A DNA stretch of 64,000 bases from Escherichia coli (GCF_044324785.1 NZ_CP172127.1); one strand, 5' to 3'. Counted from the stretch's first letter, positions 50,632 through 63,781 are shown. Notes: generated by a model from the sequence alone, not told the origin. Numbers and translations: made by a program.

Positions 50632-51453
50632 ATGATGCATAGGTTGAATCTCAATGGCTATGAACCCGACCGACACCATGAAGCCGCGGTCGCATTTTGT
50701 ATTCACGCCGGAACGGATGAGTTAACCAGTCCTGTACATCAGCACCGCAAAGGGCAGCTGATACTGGCGCTACATGGTGCAATTACCTGTACGGTGGAAA
50801 ATGCTTTGTGGATGGTGCCGCCGCAATATGCGGTTTGGATACCGGGAGGGGTGGAACATAGCAATCAAGTGACAGCTAACGCTGAACTCTGTTTTCTGTT
50901 TATCGAACCCAGCGCAGTGACAATGCCGACAACCTGTTGCACATTGAAAATATCGCCCTTATGCCGGGAATTAATTTTAACCCTGGCAAACAGGACGACG
51001 ACTCAGCGTGCTGAGCCGATGACCCGCAGATTAATTCAGGTCCTGTTTGATGAACTCCCTCAGCAGCCACAACAACAGCTGCACCTACCCGTTTCTTCTC
51101 ATCCTAAAATTCGCGCGATGGTGGAGATGATGGCGAAAGAGCCCGTCGAGTGGGGGTCATTGGGGCAATGGGCTCGCTTTTTTGCGATGAGTGAACGCAA
51201 TCTTGCCCGACTGATAGTGAAAGAGACGGGGTTGAGTTTTCGCCAGTGGCGTCAGCAGTTACAGCTGATTATGGCGCTTCAGGGATTAGTGAAAGGCGAT
51301 ACTGTACAGAAAGTTGCTCATACGCTGGGGTATGATTCAACAACGGCCTTTATTACTATGTTTAAGAAAGGCCTGGGGCAAACGCCAGGCCGATATATTG
51401 CGGGATTAACTACTGTTTCCCCACAATCAGCGAAACCAGACCCGCGGCAATAA
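50632..51453 (+). CDS. nimR: AraC-family transcriptional regulator NimR (YeaM)
   Basis: 273-aa ORF with N-terminal cupin-like domain and C-terminal AraC helix-turn-helix; 3' end overlaps yeaL by 44 nt. Confidence 0.85.
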
Positions 51454-51856
51454 GCGGGCCAACCGGTACGCCGCGAAACAGCGCCACGCCCAAAACAGTG
51501 CCCACCAGCAGCCCGGCGACCAGTTGCGGCTGGCTGCCCATTAACGTCACGCCGCGCCCACCTAGCCAGGAGACAATAACGCCTACTGCAATTGCCACCA
51601 GCGATTTCCAGTTCAGAAACGAGTGAATCAGGGTTGAGGGCGGTAGCGTCCCGCTGGCGATGGGGGCCATAACGCCAATCGTCAGAATGATTATCCCGAT
51701 ACTTAGCCCCTGTTTTTCAATCCACGGGAAAAAGGTGCTTAACGGTGTGACGCGGACAATGATTAACACCAGAATTGAAACGGCGACAGTGGTGTTATGA
51801 CTGATAAAGCCCAGCGCAGCTAACCCGAGCAGGATCAGCAAAGTGACATCAAACAT
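51410..51856 (-). CDS. yeaL: UPF0756 membrane protein YeaL
   Basis: 148-aa hydrophobic [42 protein letters not shown]... Confidence 0.8.
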
Positions 51857-52025
51857 CGTGGTTTCCTTGCCAAAGAATAATAAGCCTGCTTACTTTACGC
51901 TTGCTGCAGGAAGGAAGTAGAAAATCTTTACGTTTTTTGCATAAAAAATCAGGCGAACTGTCATCAAACTGCCATTTGCGCACGCTAACAATAACGTGAA
52001 AACAGCTATCTCCCGGGGGCATACT

Positions 52026-52130
52026 ATGAACGATCAAATGTTCGTCGAGACTCTGATTATCACGTCATCGTTTTTTGCCATTGCTGTTGTGCTGGTTTTG
52101 TCCGTTCTTCTTATCGAACGGACAGGCTAG
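52026..52130 (+). CDS. yoaI: Small membrane protein YoaI (34 aa)
   Basis: Hand translation [34 protein letters not shown]; its stop abuts the yeaK stop on the opposite strand. Confidence 0.7.
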   Translation: MNDQMFVETLIITSSFFAIAVVLVLSVLLIERTG

Positions 52131-52634
52131 TTACGCAGTGCGGCGGAAATTGACCAGTTCTGGTTGCGCAATGCGCAAATAATCCGCGGTTTTCAAAATA
52201 ACGGATTTATCCAGCATGCCTGCATTGAAGGCGATTTCATCAAATCGTTCGAAGAGTAGGGGATCGGCAACCAGTTTGAGTTTTGGATGGAAGCTGAAAG
52301 GGGGGATCGCGCCGAAGACACAGCCTGTGAGTTCATCGACTTCCGCCGGGCTGGCCAACGAAGCGCGTAATCCGCCTATATGGCTGGCGAGTTGGCTCAG
52401 ATCGGCCTGTTGATCGGCAGCGAGGATCGCCAGAACATGTTGATTTACACCATTGCCTTTGACTTTACATACCAGTGCCTTAGCCCCCTGGCCTAAAGCG
52501 GTGCCACGAATTTCTGACACCGCTTCACATTTACCTACCGCTTCATGGGTAACGACGCGGAAGTCAGCACCTTCTTGTGATAATAAAGCGATTAACCGCT
52601 GATGCGTCACGCTTCCTTTAGCCATTTCAGTCAT
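52131..52634 (-). CDS. yeaK: YbaK/ProX-family aminoacyl-tRNA deacylase YeaK
   Basis: 167-aa ORF MTEMAKGSVTHQRLIALLSQEGADFRVVTHEAVGKCEAVSEIRGTALGQGAKALVCK... Confidence 0.85.
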   Translation of the reverse strand: MTEMAKGSVTHQRLIALLSQEGADFRVVTHEAVGKCEAVSEIRGTALGQGAKALVCKVKGNGVNQHVLAILAADQQADLSQLASHIGGLRASLASPAEVDELTGCVFGAIPPFSFHPKLKLVADPLLFERFDEIAFNAGMLDKSVILKTADYLRIAQPELVNFRRTA

Positions 52635-52676
52635 TTCATGCTCCTGAGATTACAAGCAAACAACCACAGAAGGTTA

Positions 52677-54167
52677 TCATGAACGGCTGTTTTTGTTCTG
52701 CTTATTGACATATAAACGCTCATCGGAAGCTTTATACGCATCATGTAACGTATCGTTTTCTTTCATCGCGTAAATACCGGAAGAGAAGCCGATCTCTTTC
52801 TGCGGCGCGATATGTTGCAGACGTTTTTCGATACGTTCAGGCAGTTGTGCTGCAATTTGCGGCGTTGAATCGACAAGAATGATGCAGAATTCATCGCCAC
52901 CGAGTCGGATGGCATAATCACTTTTACGAATCGACTGTTTAATCGCCTGCGCTAATAACGTAATCGCTAAATCCCCCTCCTGATGACCGAGGGTGTCATT
53001 TATTTGCTTTAACTTGTCCATGTCAATTGCAATAAACATCACCGAAGAACCGGATTGCACCAGTTTCTGCAACCGCTGCTCCAGTTCAGGGGTTAAAATT
53101 TTGCGATTATACAGTCCAGTCATCGCATCACTAATATTTTCTCGCGACACATTTTGGTATAAACGGAAGTGCATCCGGACCATATTCAACAAAATTAATG
53201 CCGTCAAAATCCAGAACAGAACGCTTTTCCACGAAGACGTGATAAAGTAAAGAATATCAATGGATAACGAGACACGAATGCCGCCCGGTAAGTCATGGAC
53301 GTAACTGACATACTGGAACAGATTATCTTCGCTCTGGTTGATGATAATGTCGCGCCCCGAATCGGTATCGGTTAGCGTGACATTGAGAAAACGCCAGAGG
53401 AGAGGGCGGTCATGAGTGTAAAAGATATTCCGCAGATTGTTTTTGTTAATATCCAGCAGCACAATCCCTTTTAGCTGCCCTGCGACATATACCGGCGTCA
53501 GCAAACTCATCACGTTCTGTTTAGTACGCTGATCCTGGTAAATGCTCGATAATACGGTACGCCCGGTAAATACCTTTTCAATATCTTTGCGATCGATGCC
53601 AATACTTCCTGACTGCAGGAAAGACCAGTTATTCATCGCAAAGTACTCAACATTAACCGGCTCATAAAAATAGACATAGCGGTCATTGAGATCGAGATAA
53701 TAGTGAAATTTCTCTTCGGCCATCCCAAGACCTGAACCGTAATCATCCTGGTGGCGGTTGCCTTCCACTGCCTGATCAAAAGCGGGTAATAGTGCAGCAG
53801 CTTCCACAATTGTGTCGCAGTCAGTGGATGCGGTTTGTAGTGTGCCGCGTAAGCCCGGGTATTTATGGGCAGTCAGGTTTAAGCCATGGGTATTATTGGC
53901 AGACTCAAAAGCCTCGCAGATGGCGCGCCGCTGTTCTGGCGACACTTCCGACTGCTCAGCAGCGAGAGCGCGCATCACATGCGCGGCAATACTCTGATTC
54001 TGATACTTATCATAAAGAAAGGAGGAGTCTGCTCTCTGCACGATATAGCGCAGATAGGCACTCATTGCTCTGTCGCTGGCGACAAGTTCAAAAATAAGGA
54101 AGGAAGATGTCAGCACAATGACACTTGCGGCGATAAAATGCCGGAGCATTCTATGGTGCAATTTCAT
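52677..54167 (-). CDS. dgcJ: Diguanylate cyclase DgcJ (YeaJ), membrane sensor plus GGDEF
   Basis: Track ORF 52677..54347 trimmed to MKLHHRMLRHFIAASVIVLTSSF... (496 aa); GGDEF motif RLGGDEF present. Confidence 0.85.
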   Translation of the reverse strand: MKLHHRMLRHFIAASVIVLTSSFLIFELVASDRAMSAYLRYIVQRADSSFLYDKYQNQSIAAHVMRALAAEQSEVSPEQRRAICEAFESANNTHGLNLTAHKYPGLRGTLQTASTDCDTIVEAAALLPAFDQAVEGNRHQDDYGSGLGMAEEKFHYYLDLNDRYVYFYEPVNVEYFAMNNWSFLQSGSIGIDRKDIEKVFTGRTVLSSIYQDQRTKQNVMSLLTPVYVAGQLKGIVLLDINKNNLRNIFYTHDRPLLWRFLNVTLTDTDSGRDIIINQSEDNLFQYVSYVHDLPGGIRVSLSIDILYFITSSWKSVLFWILTALILLNMVRMHFRLYQNVSRENISDAMTGLYNRKILTPELEQRLQKLVQSGSSVMFIAIDMDKLKQINDTLGHQEGDLAITLLAQAIKQSIRKSDYAIRLGGDEFCIILVDSTPQIAAQLPERIEKRLQHIAPQKEIGFSSGIYAMKENDTLHDAYKASDERLYVNKQNKNSRS

Positions 54168-54347
54168 GATAAATGGCACTCCTTCGGTTAGTGAAACGAG
54201 AAAACCAGTTAAAGTTCGATTGCGGCCTGGCACAGGGGCGCTAATTATACTCATCTCTGCGCCGCTGGGGAGGGGAAATTTAGGGGTAATAGTAATAAAT
54301 TGTATGCAAAAGCCACGCAAAAAGCATGGCTCTGAATATTTTTGCAC

Positions 54348-55823
54348 TTAAATATGATGAATAATCACTTTGTTGCCCCCATCGCTTTTCGCTTCGCGTA
54401 AGGCTTTATCTGCTTCCGTCATGACAAGCGAGATATTACGTGTGTCACCCGTTGAAAAAACCGTGCCAATACTGATGGTCATTTGCTCAGGAACATCATA
54501 TCTGTTACTAAAGCCGGTCAGGAGTTCGACATTTTTACGCATACGATCCGCAATGATTTTTGCCTGGGCACTATTGAGTTCGGTAAATAGCAAGCCAAAC
54601 ACCTCACCCTCCAGTCGCGCTAAAATATCATCGGGGCGGATGCTTTGCTGGATAATATCGACAATTGAAACCAGCACTTTATCACCCACACGATGTCCCC
54701 ATTGGGCATTGATGCGTTTGAACTGATTAATATCAACCAGCATGACACAGAAGTCCTTAACAACAGGTCGCGACAATAATGACTCTACGCTGTTGAAAAA
54801 GTAGCGCCGATTATAAATATTGGTCAGCACATCATGAACTGCCAGTTTGCTGGAGAGTTGCAGTTCCTGAAAAATGTTATAAATCAGAAAAGACACAACA
54901 AACAGTTTACTGGAGACTTCAATCCCGCGACTGATATACCAGATGGTATAATTATACTCATCCAGAGTCAGTAGAAGTAAGTTGCAGCATAGCGATGCCA
55001 GACATAATAATGCTATTAACGGCCATAGTTCGCTGGCTAATCGTGTACGCATGATAATAAAGAACAGTAAAAATGCCCACAGACAAACCAATATTTTTGT
55101 ATAGTTGATTCCCCAGGTCGCAGTATGGTTGTCCGGACAGTAATCGACGACATACAAAGAATAGTCAGCGTTATAACTGCTCAGATTGTGTGCCAGAAGG
55201 GGAAAAACTAAAAAAGGAATCAGCGCCAGCAACAGGATCCCCGTTTTTTTCTTATTGTTGTCAAGGATGTTGTCTTTACCATAACAAAAGAGCGCCAGCG
55301 AGGTTAAACAAATAAAACTGAGTTGGCGGAAAATATAGAAAATAGAAACATCATTCGACTTTGTCTGGATCAGTGTGCTGTCGTTGATTGGTTTATGGAT
55401 AATTACAATGGTTTCAACTAAATAGATAAGGCCACTTAAAAATGCAAGGCTTAAAATGAGTGTTGGTAAAATTTGTTTGTTAGTGAAATATTTCATTAAC
55501 ATGAAAAGAAAAATGACGGCGTTAAGGAAAAACAAAGCCACAACAACCATCAGGTAATTCATCTGTGGGATGAGTTTTACATTCGTGTTTTCGTTATATA
55601 AGGTAGTAATGCAAAATAAAATTAACGTCAGCAATAAACTGAAAATAAAAAAGCCTTGAGCTTTTAATTTTTGTGTACCCATAGAAACCATAAAAAGGAG
55701 AGCAATGTGAGTGCTGGATTTTATTGATGGCAGAGATATATAGTTTTGACCAGGATCAATTTTCGTTAACGATAAAAAATATTTAAAGAATAACCCCAGG
55801 GAAACACGTGTTGACCGAATCAT
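54348..55823 (-). CDS. dgcI: GGDEF-domain membrane protein DgcI (YeaI), MASE-type N-terminal domain
   Basis: 491-aa ORF: long polytopic N-terminus plus C-terminal GGDEF domain with variant motif (RLEGEVF in place of GGDEF). Confidence 0.85.
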   Translation of the reverse strand: MIRSTRVSLGLFFKYFLSLTKIDPGQNYISLPSIKSSTHIALLFMVSMGTQKLKAQGFFIFSLLLTLILFCITTLYNENTNVKLIPQMNYLMVVVALFFLNAVIFLFMLMKYFTNKQILPTLILSLAFLSGLIYLVETIVIIHKPINDSTLIQTKSNDVSIFYIFRQLSFICLTSLALFCYGKDNILDNNKKKTGILLLALIPFLVFPLLAHNLSSYNADYSLYVVDYCPDNHTATWGINYTKILVCLWAFLLFFIIMRTRLASELWPLIALLCLASLCCNLLLLTLDEYNYTIWYISRGIEVSSKLFVVSFLIYNIFQELQLSSKLAVHDVLTNIYNRRYFFNSVESLLSRPVVKDFCVMLVDINQFKRINAQWGHRVGDKVLVSIVDIIQQSIRPDDILARLEGEVFGLLFTELNSAQAKIIADRMRKNVELLTGFSNRYDVPEQMTISIGTVFSTGDTRNISLVMTEADKALREAKSDGGNKVIIHHI

Positions 55824-55969
55824 TTTTCCGAATGATTGTTTTCTGGAACTAAATTGTGTAAAGGTTATGCTGTCATATTTAAAGCGATTGTAAGCTAATG
55901 TATGTAATAAATGAGATAATTTACAGTGAGCTAAAAATCAGCCAGGCGATAATGACCCGGCTGATAGTT

Positions 55970-57265
<1,296 letters not shown>

Positions 57266-57365
57266 CTACATTTGCCAACTGTATGCTACGCCTGTGTTGC
57301 CGCTTCTCTGGCCCACGGTTCGCTGTCGTTGTAGGCCCGGTAGCATGTGTACCGGGCCAGGGTTG

Positions 57366-59300
57366 TTAAGACGATTTACGTACGCGCAAATACCATTCGC
57401 ACAGTAAACGCACCTGTTTACGGGTGTAGCCTTTTTCCATCATACGGTCGACAAAGTCGTCATGTTTCTTCTGCTCGTCGGTTGACGTTTTGGCGTTAAA
57501 CGAAATAACCGGCAACAGCTCCTCGGTATTGGAGAACATTTTCTTCTCAATAACCGTGCGCAGTTTTTCATAGCTGGTCCAGTTCGGATTGCGTCCGCTG
57601 TTATTCGCTCTGGCGCGCAGTACGAAGTTAACAATCTCGTTGCGGAAATCTTTTGGATTACTGATCCCCGCCGGTTTCTCGATTTTCTCCAGCTCGGCGT
57701 TAAGAGACTCGCGGTCAAACAACTGCCCGGTATCCGGATCGCGATACTCCTGATCCTGAATCCAGAAATCCGCGTAGGTAACATAACGGTCGAAAATGTT
57801 TTGCCCATATTCGGAATAGGATTCAAGGTAGGCCGTCTGGATCTCTTTGCCGATAAACTCGGCATATTTCGGGATCAGATAACCTTTCAGGAACTCCAGA
57901 TAGCGTTCTGCCTGCTCTTGCGGGAACTGCTCGCGCTCGATCTGCTGTTCCAGGACGTAGAACAGATGGACCGGGTTTGCCGCCACTTCTACATGATCGA
58001 AGTTGAACACGCGGGAGAGGATCTTAAACGCAAAACGCGTCGACAGACCGTTCATCCCTTCATCGACACCGGCATAGTCACGATATTCCTGATACGACTT
58101 GGCTTTGGGATCGGTGTCTTTCAGACTTTCGCCATCATAAACCCGCATCTTTGAATAAATGCTGGAGTTTTCTGGCTCTTTCAGGCGCGAAAGAATGGAG
58201 AAACGTGACAGTGTTTCCAGCGTGCCAGGGGCGCAGGGGGCGTGAGTCAATTCACTGTGATTAAGCAATTTCTCGTAGATTTTGATCTCTTCGGAAATGC
58301 GCAAGCAATACGGCACCTTCACGATGTAAACACGATCGAGGAAGGCTTCGTTGTTTTTGTTATTACGGAAAGTGACCCATTCGGATTCGTTCGAGTGGGC
58401 GAGAATAATCCCGTTGAACGGCAGGGCGGAGATACCTTCCGTCCCGTTGTAGTTACCTTCCTGAGTGGCGGTTAGCAAGGGATGCAGCACTTTTATCGGT
58501 GCTTTAAACATCTCGACAAATTCCATGATCCCCTGATTGGCGCGGCACAGCGCACCGGAATAGCCGTAGGCGTCCGGGTCATTCTGCGCGTAGTGTTCGA
58601 GTTTACGAATATCGACTTTCCCAACCAGCGCGGAGATGTCCTGGTTGTTCTCATCACCGGGTTCCGTTTTGGCGATAGCAATTTGTTGCAGAATTGACGG
58701 CCAGACCTTCACTACCCGGAACTTAGTGATATCGCCACCAAATTCATGCAGGCGTTTTGCCGCCCACGGCGACATGATGGTGCCGAGATAACGGCGAGGA
58801 ATGCCATACTCTTTTTCCAGAATCTGCGCATCTTCCTGCGGATTGAAAAGACAGAACGGATGATCGTTGACCGGGCTACGCTCACCGTTGGCGCTCAATA
58901 CATAAATCGGTACGAGCTGCATTAATGATTTCAGTCGCTCAGCAAGCGATGATTTACCCCCACCCACAGGCCCCAGCAGATACAGGATTTGTTTCTTCTC
59001 TTCCAGCCCCTGAGCCGCGTGTTTCAGATAAGAGACAATCTGTTCAATCGCGTCTTCCATGCCGTAAAACTCTTCAAACGCCGGATAACGTGCAATGACC
59101 CGGTTAGAAAAGAGTCGAGAAAGTCTGGGTTCCTGGGCTGTATCGACCATGACAGGCTCACCGATAGCCATCAATAGCCGCTCAGCCGCGTTGGCATAAG
59201 CACTGCGATCTTGCCGACAAGTGGTAAGAAACTCCTGCAGTGTGAACTCTTCGTCCTTGGCAGCTTCATATCGCTGGCGATAGTGATCGAATATATTCAT
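57366..59300 (-). CDS. yeaG: PrkA-family serine protein kinase YeaG
   Basis: 644-aa ORF; Walker A P-loop (LLGPVGGGKSSL) near the N-terminus; recognised as YeaG. Confidence 0.9.
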   Translation of the reverse strand: MNIFDHYRQRYEAAKDEEFTLQEFLTTCRQDRSAYANAAERLLMAIGEPVMVDTAQEPRLSRLFSNRVIARYPAFEEFYGMEDAIEQIVSYLKHAAQGLEEKKQILYLLGPVGGGKSSLAERLKSLMQLVPIYVLSANGERSPVNDHPFCLFNPQEDAQILEKEYGIPRRYLGTIMSPWAAKRLHEFGGDITKFRVVKVWPSILQQIAIAKTEPGDENNQDISALVGKVDIRKLEHYAQNDPDAYGYSGALCRANQGIMEFVEMFKAPIKVLHPLLTATQEGNYNGTEGISALPFNGIILAHSNESEWVTFRNNKNNEAFLDRVYIVKVPYCLRISEEIKIYEKLLNHSELTHAPCAPGTLETLSRFSILSRLKEPENSSIYSKMRVYDGESLKDTDPKAKSYQEYRDYAGVDEGMNGLSTRFAFKILSRVFNFDHVEVAANPVHLFYVLEQQIEREQFPQEQAERYLEFLKGYLIPKYAEFIGKEIQTAYLESYSEYGQNIFDRYVTYADFWIQDQEYRDPDTGQLFDRESLNAELEKIEKPAGISNPKDFRNEIVNFVLRARANNSGRNPNWTSYEKLRTVIEKKMFSNTEELLPVISFNAKTSTDEQKKHDDFVDRMMEKGYTRKQVRLLCEWYLRVRKSS

Positions 59301-59735
59301 GGTATGCCGTCCTTTCGTTTTTTAGCACAGGTTAAGAGCCGTTCATATGAATAGTAGAGGCTCCCGGAAGAGGTAAACTGAACGACGTCTCTTGCTAAAA
59401 CACAGCAACTCTCATGCCATTTTATCGACGATGAGAACAACGTGCCCGGTGATACACCTTCAAAATTAAGCGTAGATGGCAAATGGAAAACTTGCCTACA
59501 CGGCTTTCTTAATTTCAATGGCATATCAACAACTCATCCATAAATTTTGCATAATTAATGTAAAGACCAGGGTCGCCAGTAACGCTAAATTCATTTGGCT
59601 GTAAGCGCGATGTCATCCGCGTCAGGAAAATTAAACAGTTACTTTAAAAAATGAAAACGTAAAAAGGTTGGGTTTCGATGTATTGACGGGTAAACTTTGT
59701 CGCCCGCTAAACATTTGTTTAAGGAATGATTAATT

Positions 59736-60482
59736 GTGACCAAACTCAAACTTCTGGCACTTGGAGTGCTTATCGCAACGTCTGCAGGCGTAGCGCACGC
59801 TGAAGGTAAATTTTCCCTGGGCGCAGGCGTAGGTGTCGTTGAACACCCATATAAAGATTACGATACCGATGTTTACCCAGTACCGGTAATCAACTATGAA
59901 GGCGATAACTTCTGGTTCCGTGGCTTAGGTGGTGGTTACTACCTGTGGAATGACGCAACGGACAAACTTTCAATTACCGCTTATTGGTCGCCGCTTTACT
60001 TCAAAGCGAAAGACAGTGGCGATCACCAAATGCGTCACCTGGATGACCGTAAGAGCACCATGATGGCTGGTCTGTCTTATGCTCACTTTACCCAGTACGG
60101 TTACCTGCGTACCACCCTGGCTGGCGATACCCTGGATAACAGCAACGGCATCGTCTGGGATATGGCCTGGTTGTATCGTTACACCAACGGTGGCCTGACC
60201 GTGACTCCGGGTATTGGTGTGCAGTGGAACAGCGAAAACCAGAACGAATACTATTATGGCGTATCGCGCAAAGAGTCTGCTCGCAGCGGTCTGCGTGGCT
60301 ATAACCCGAACGACAGCTGGAGCCCTTACCTGGAGCTGAGCGCCAGCTACAACTTCCTCGGCGACTGGAGTGTTTACGGTACCGCGCGCTACACCCGTCT
60401 GTCTGATGAAGTTACTGACAGCCCAATGGTGGATAAATCCTGGACTGGCCTGATTTCTACCGGGATCACCTACAAATTCTGA
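59736..60482 (+). CDS. mipA: MltA-interacting outer membrane protein MipA
   Basis: 248-aa ORF with signal peptide and beta-barrel-like C-terminus ending in the aromatic ...TYKF. Confidence 0.9.
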   Translation: MTKLKLLALGVLIATSAGVAHAEGKFSLGAGVGVVEHPYKDYDTDVYPVPVINYEGDNFWFRGLGGGYYLWNDATDKLSITAYWSPLYFKAKDSGDHQMRHLDDRKSTMMAGLSYAHFTQYGYLRTTLAGDTLDNSNGIVWDMAWLYRYTNGGLTVTPGIGVQWNSENQNEYYYGVSRKESARSGLRGYNPNDSWSPYLELSASYNFLGDWSVYGTARYTRLSDEVTDSPMVDKSWTGLISTGITYKF

Positions 60483-60571
60483 TAATGCATCTTTCCAGGG
60501 CATTTTGTGCATAAAAACAGGGCGTAATGCCCTGTTTTGCATTACGGTGGTGCAATACCTGGGAGGAAACA

Positions 60572-61426
60572 ATGCAACAAAAAATGATTCAATTTAGTGG
60601 CGATCTCTCACTGCCAGCCATAGGGCAGGGAACATGGTATATGGGCGAAGATGCCAGTCAGCGTAAAACAGAAGTTGCTGCACTACGCGCGGGCATTGAG
60701 CTCGGTTTAACCCTCATTGATACCGCCGAAATGTATGCTGATGGCGGTGCCGAAATGGTGGTTGGGGAAGCATTAACCGGCCTGCGTGAGAACGTCTTTC
60801 TCGTCTCTAAAGTCTATCCGTGGAATGCTGGCGGGCAAAAAGCGATAAATGCATGCGAAGCCAGTTTACGCCGTCTCAATACTGATTATCTCGATCTCTA
60901 CTTATTACACTGGTCTGGCAGTTTCGCTTTTGAAGAGACTGTCGCAGCGATGGAAAAATTGATTGCCCAGGGAAAAATCCGCCGCTGGGGCGTTTCTAAC
61001 CTTGATTATGCCGATATGCAGGAACTCTGGCAGCTGCCGGGGGGAAATCAGTGTGCCACTAATCAGGTGCTTTACCATCTCGGTTCACGAGGGATTGAGT
61101 ACGATCTACTCCCCTGGTGCCAGCAACAGAAGATACCGGTGATGGCTTACAGTCCGTTAGCTCAGGCCGGGCGGTTGCGCAATGGGCTGCTAAAAAACGC
61201 AGTAGTCAACGAAATTGCACATGCTCACAATATCAGCGCGGCACAAGTATTGTTAGCGTGGGTAATCAGCCATCAGGGGGTGATGGCGATTCCAAAAGCG
61301 GCCACGATAGCCCATGTCCAACAAAATGCGGCTGTGCTTGAGGTTGAACTTTCGTCAGCGGAATTAGCTATGCTGGATAAGGCATATCCGGCACCAAAAG
61401 GTAAAACTGCGCTGGATATGGTGTGA
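60572..61426 (+). CDS. yeaE: Aldo-keto reductase YeaE
   Basis: Track ORF 60527..61426 trimmed to MQQKMIQFSGDLSLPAIGQGTWYMGED... (284 aa). Confidence 0.85.
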   Translation: MQQKMIQFSGDLSLPAIGQGTWYMGEDASQRKTEVAALRAGIELGLTLIDTAEMYADGGAEMVVGEALTGLRENVFLVSKVYPWNAGGQKAINACEASLRRLNTDYLDLYLLHWSGSFAFEETVAAMEKLIAQGKIRRWGVSNLDYADMQELWQLPGGNQCATNQVLYHLGSRGIEYDLLPWCQQQKIPVMAYSPLAQAGRLRNGLLKNAVVNEIAHAHNISAAQVLLAWVISHQGVMAIPKAATIAHVQQNAAVLEVELSSAELAMLDKAYPAPKGKTALDMV

Positions 61427-61468
61427 TGTTGATACGTGCCGGATGCATCGCACCCGGCACACAACATT
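61426..61468. repeat. REP-like palindrome between convergent yeaE and yeaD
   Basis: gatgttg-atac-gtgccggatgcatcgcacccggcac-acaacatt: nested inverted repeats with GCCGGATG core. Confidence 0.45.
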
Positions 61469-61476
61469 AACGCAAA

Positions 61477-62361
61477 TTAACGTTTGGCAACGCGAATGGA
61501 TTGCGCCAGATGTGCAGGTTTTTCTTTGGTGACTTTTTGCGTTTCTGAAGCGTAAGCCGTTTCTACACAAACAAAGGTCTTGTAGCCATCGTCCGGCATG
61601 TCGCCCATGCTAACTGAAAGCGCCGGTCCCGGATTCCAGCCTACAACGTTCAGATGATGCTGGTGACCTACGGCGATAATACGATTCAGCGCTTCATCAT
61701 TAATCACGCTGCAATCTTGCGGATTCAGATACACGCGATCGGTACGGTCAGGGAAGGTCTGAATACCGTCGGTCAGTACATCTTCTTTCGCGTCATTCAC
61801 TTTATCAATGAAGCGATCGCCCAGCCCACTGACGCTTACCTTAGCGATATCACCCACGTTAAAGTAGGTATGCAGGGCAGAGGTGGTTTCAAATTCGCCA
61901 TGTGATTCAAGATCGATTTCACAGGTTTTACCCACGCGGAAATGCGCTAACAGCGTAAAGTCGTGCGGCCAGAATTTTTTCGTCTCTTCGCTTTGCGTCA
62001 ATTCAAAAGTCAGCGCTACGCCATCAGCATCTTCATGATGTGATTTCAGCGTCCACGGCAGGTTGCGGGCAAAACCGTGCGCAGGCAGGCCTTGTTGTGC
62101 AGCCGGACCAAACCACGGCCAGCAAACCGGTACGCCACCGCGAATAGCGACGCCATTTTTGAACGGTGTGTTATTGCTCAACCACAGAACTTCTTCTTCA
62201 CCCGCAGGTTTCCATGAGAGAAGGTGTGCGCCCTGTAATGCAAAAGAGGCTTTTACCTGGGGATGATCGACCACAATGAGGTCCAGTTCATCCAGTTTAC
62301 GACGGGAGAGGACAGGGGAGATTTGTTCGATGACCGGAAGGGCAAAAATTTTCTTAATCAT
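61477..62361 (-). CDS. yeaD: Putative glucose-6-phosphate 1-epimerase YeaD (aldose-1-epimerase family)
   Basis: Track ORF 61477..62382 trimmed to MIKKIFALPVIEQISPVLSRRKLDELD... (294 aa). Confidence 0.85.
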   Translation of the reverse strand: MIKKIFALPVIEQISPVLSRRKLDELDLIVVDHPQVKASFALQGAHLLSWKPAGEEEVLWLSNNTPFKNGVAIRGGVPVCWPWFGPAAQQGLPAHGFARNLPWTLKSHHEDADGVALTFELTQSEETKKFWPHDFTLLAHFRVGKTCEIDLESHGEFETTSALHTYFNVGDIAKVSVSGLGDRFIDKVNDAKEDVLTDGIQTFPDRTDRVYLNPQDCSVINDEALNRIIAVGHQHHLNVVGWNPGPALSVSMGDMPDDGYKTFVCVETAYASETQKVTKEKPAHLAQSIRVAKR

Positions 62362-62392
62362 GACGCAGTCCTTTAACTTCATTTTATCAGGT

Positions 62393-62423
62393 AAAAAAAA
62401 GAGCGACCGAAGTCGCTCTTTTT
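62393..62423 (-). terminator. Intrinsic terminator after gapA
   Basis: aaaaaaaa-gagcgac-cgaa-gtcgctc-ttttt: symmetric hairpin with U-run on the minus strand downstream of the gapA stop. Confidence 0.8.
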
Positions 62424-62444
62424 AGATCACAGTGTCATCTCAAC

Positions 62445-63452
<1,008 letters not shown>

Positions 63453-63781
63453 CTATTTGTTAGTGAATAAAAGGTTGCCTGTAAAATTACAAAAACCTTA
63501 CGCAGCGTCAAGCGGAATCGTGTCAATCATTGCGACAAATCAATCCTGTGCCTAAGCATTACGCGACTGACTCGCCTCACTCTTCCTTTGGGCTTGAGAC
63601 CACATGGGGTCGGCGTCCCGAATTTTAAAGGGCAATTACGATAAAAATGTGATTTTCATCACGATTTAGGTGCAGCCATTTCGTCGAGATCAAGTTTAGG
63701 ACAAATTTTTGCCAGTTGGTGTTAATGTTTTGTTAGAATCAGTCGCGTAATGTGAGCACGATTAAAGTGAGATGTGAGCAA

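Noticed and set aside
51849-52037. 62-aa minus-strand ORF between yeaL and yeaK
   Set aside because: Overlaps the yeaL start and the opposite strand of yoaI; the conserved small gene here is yoaI on the plus strand.
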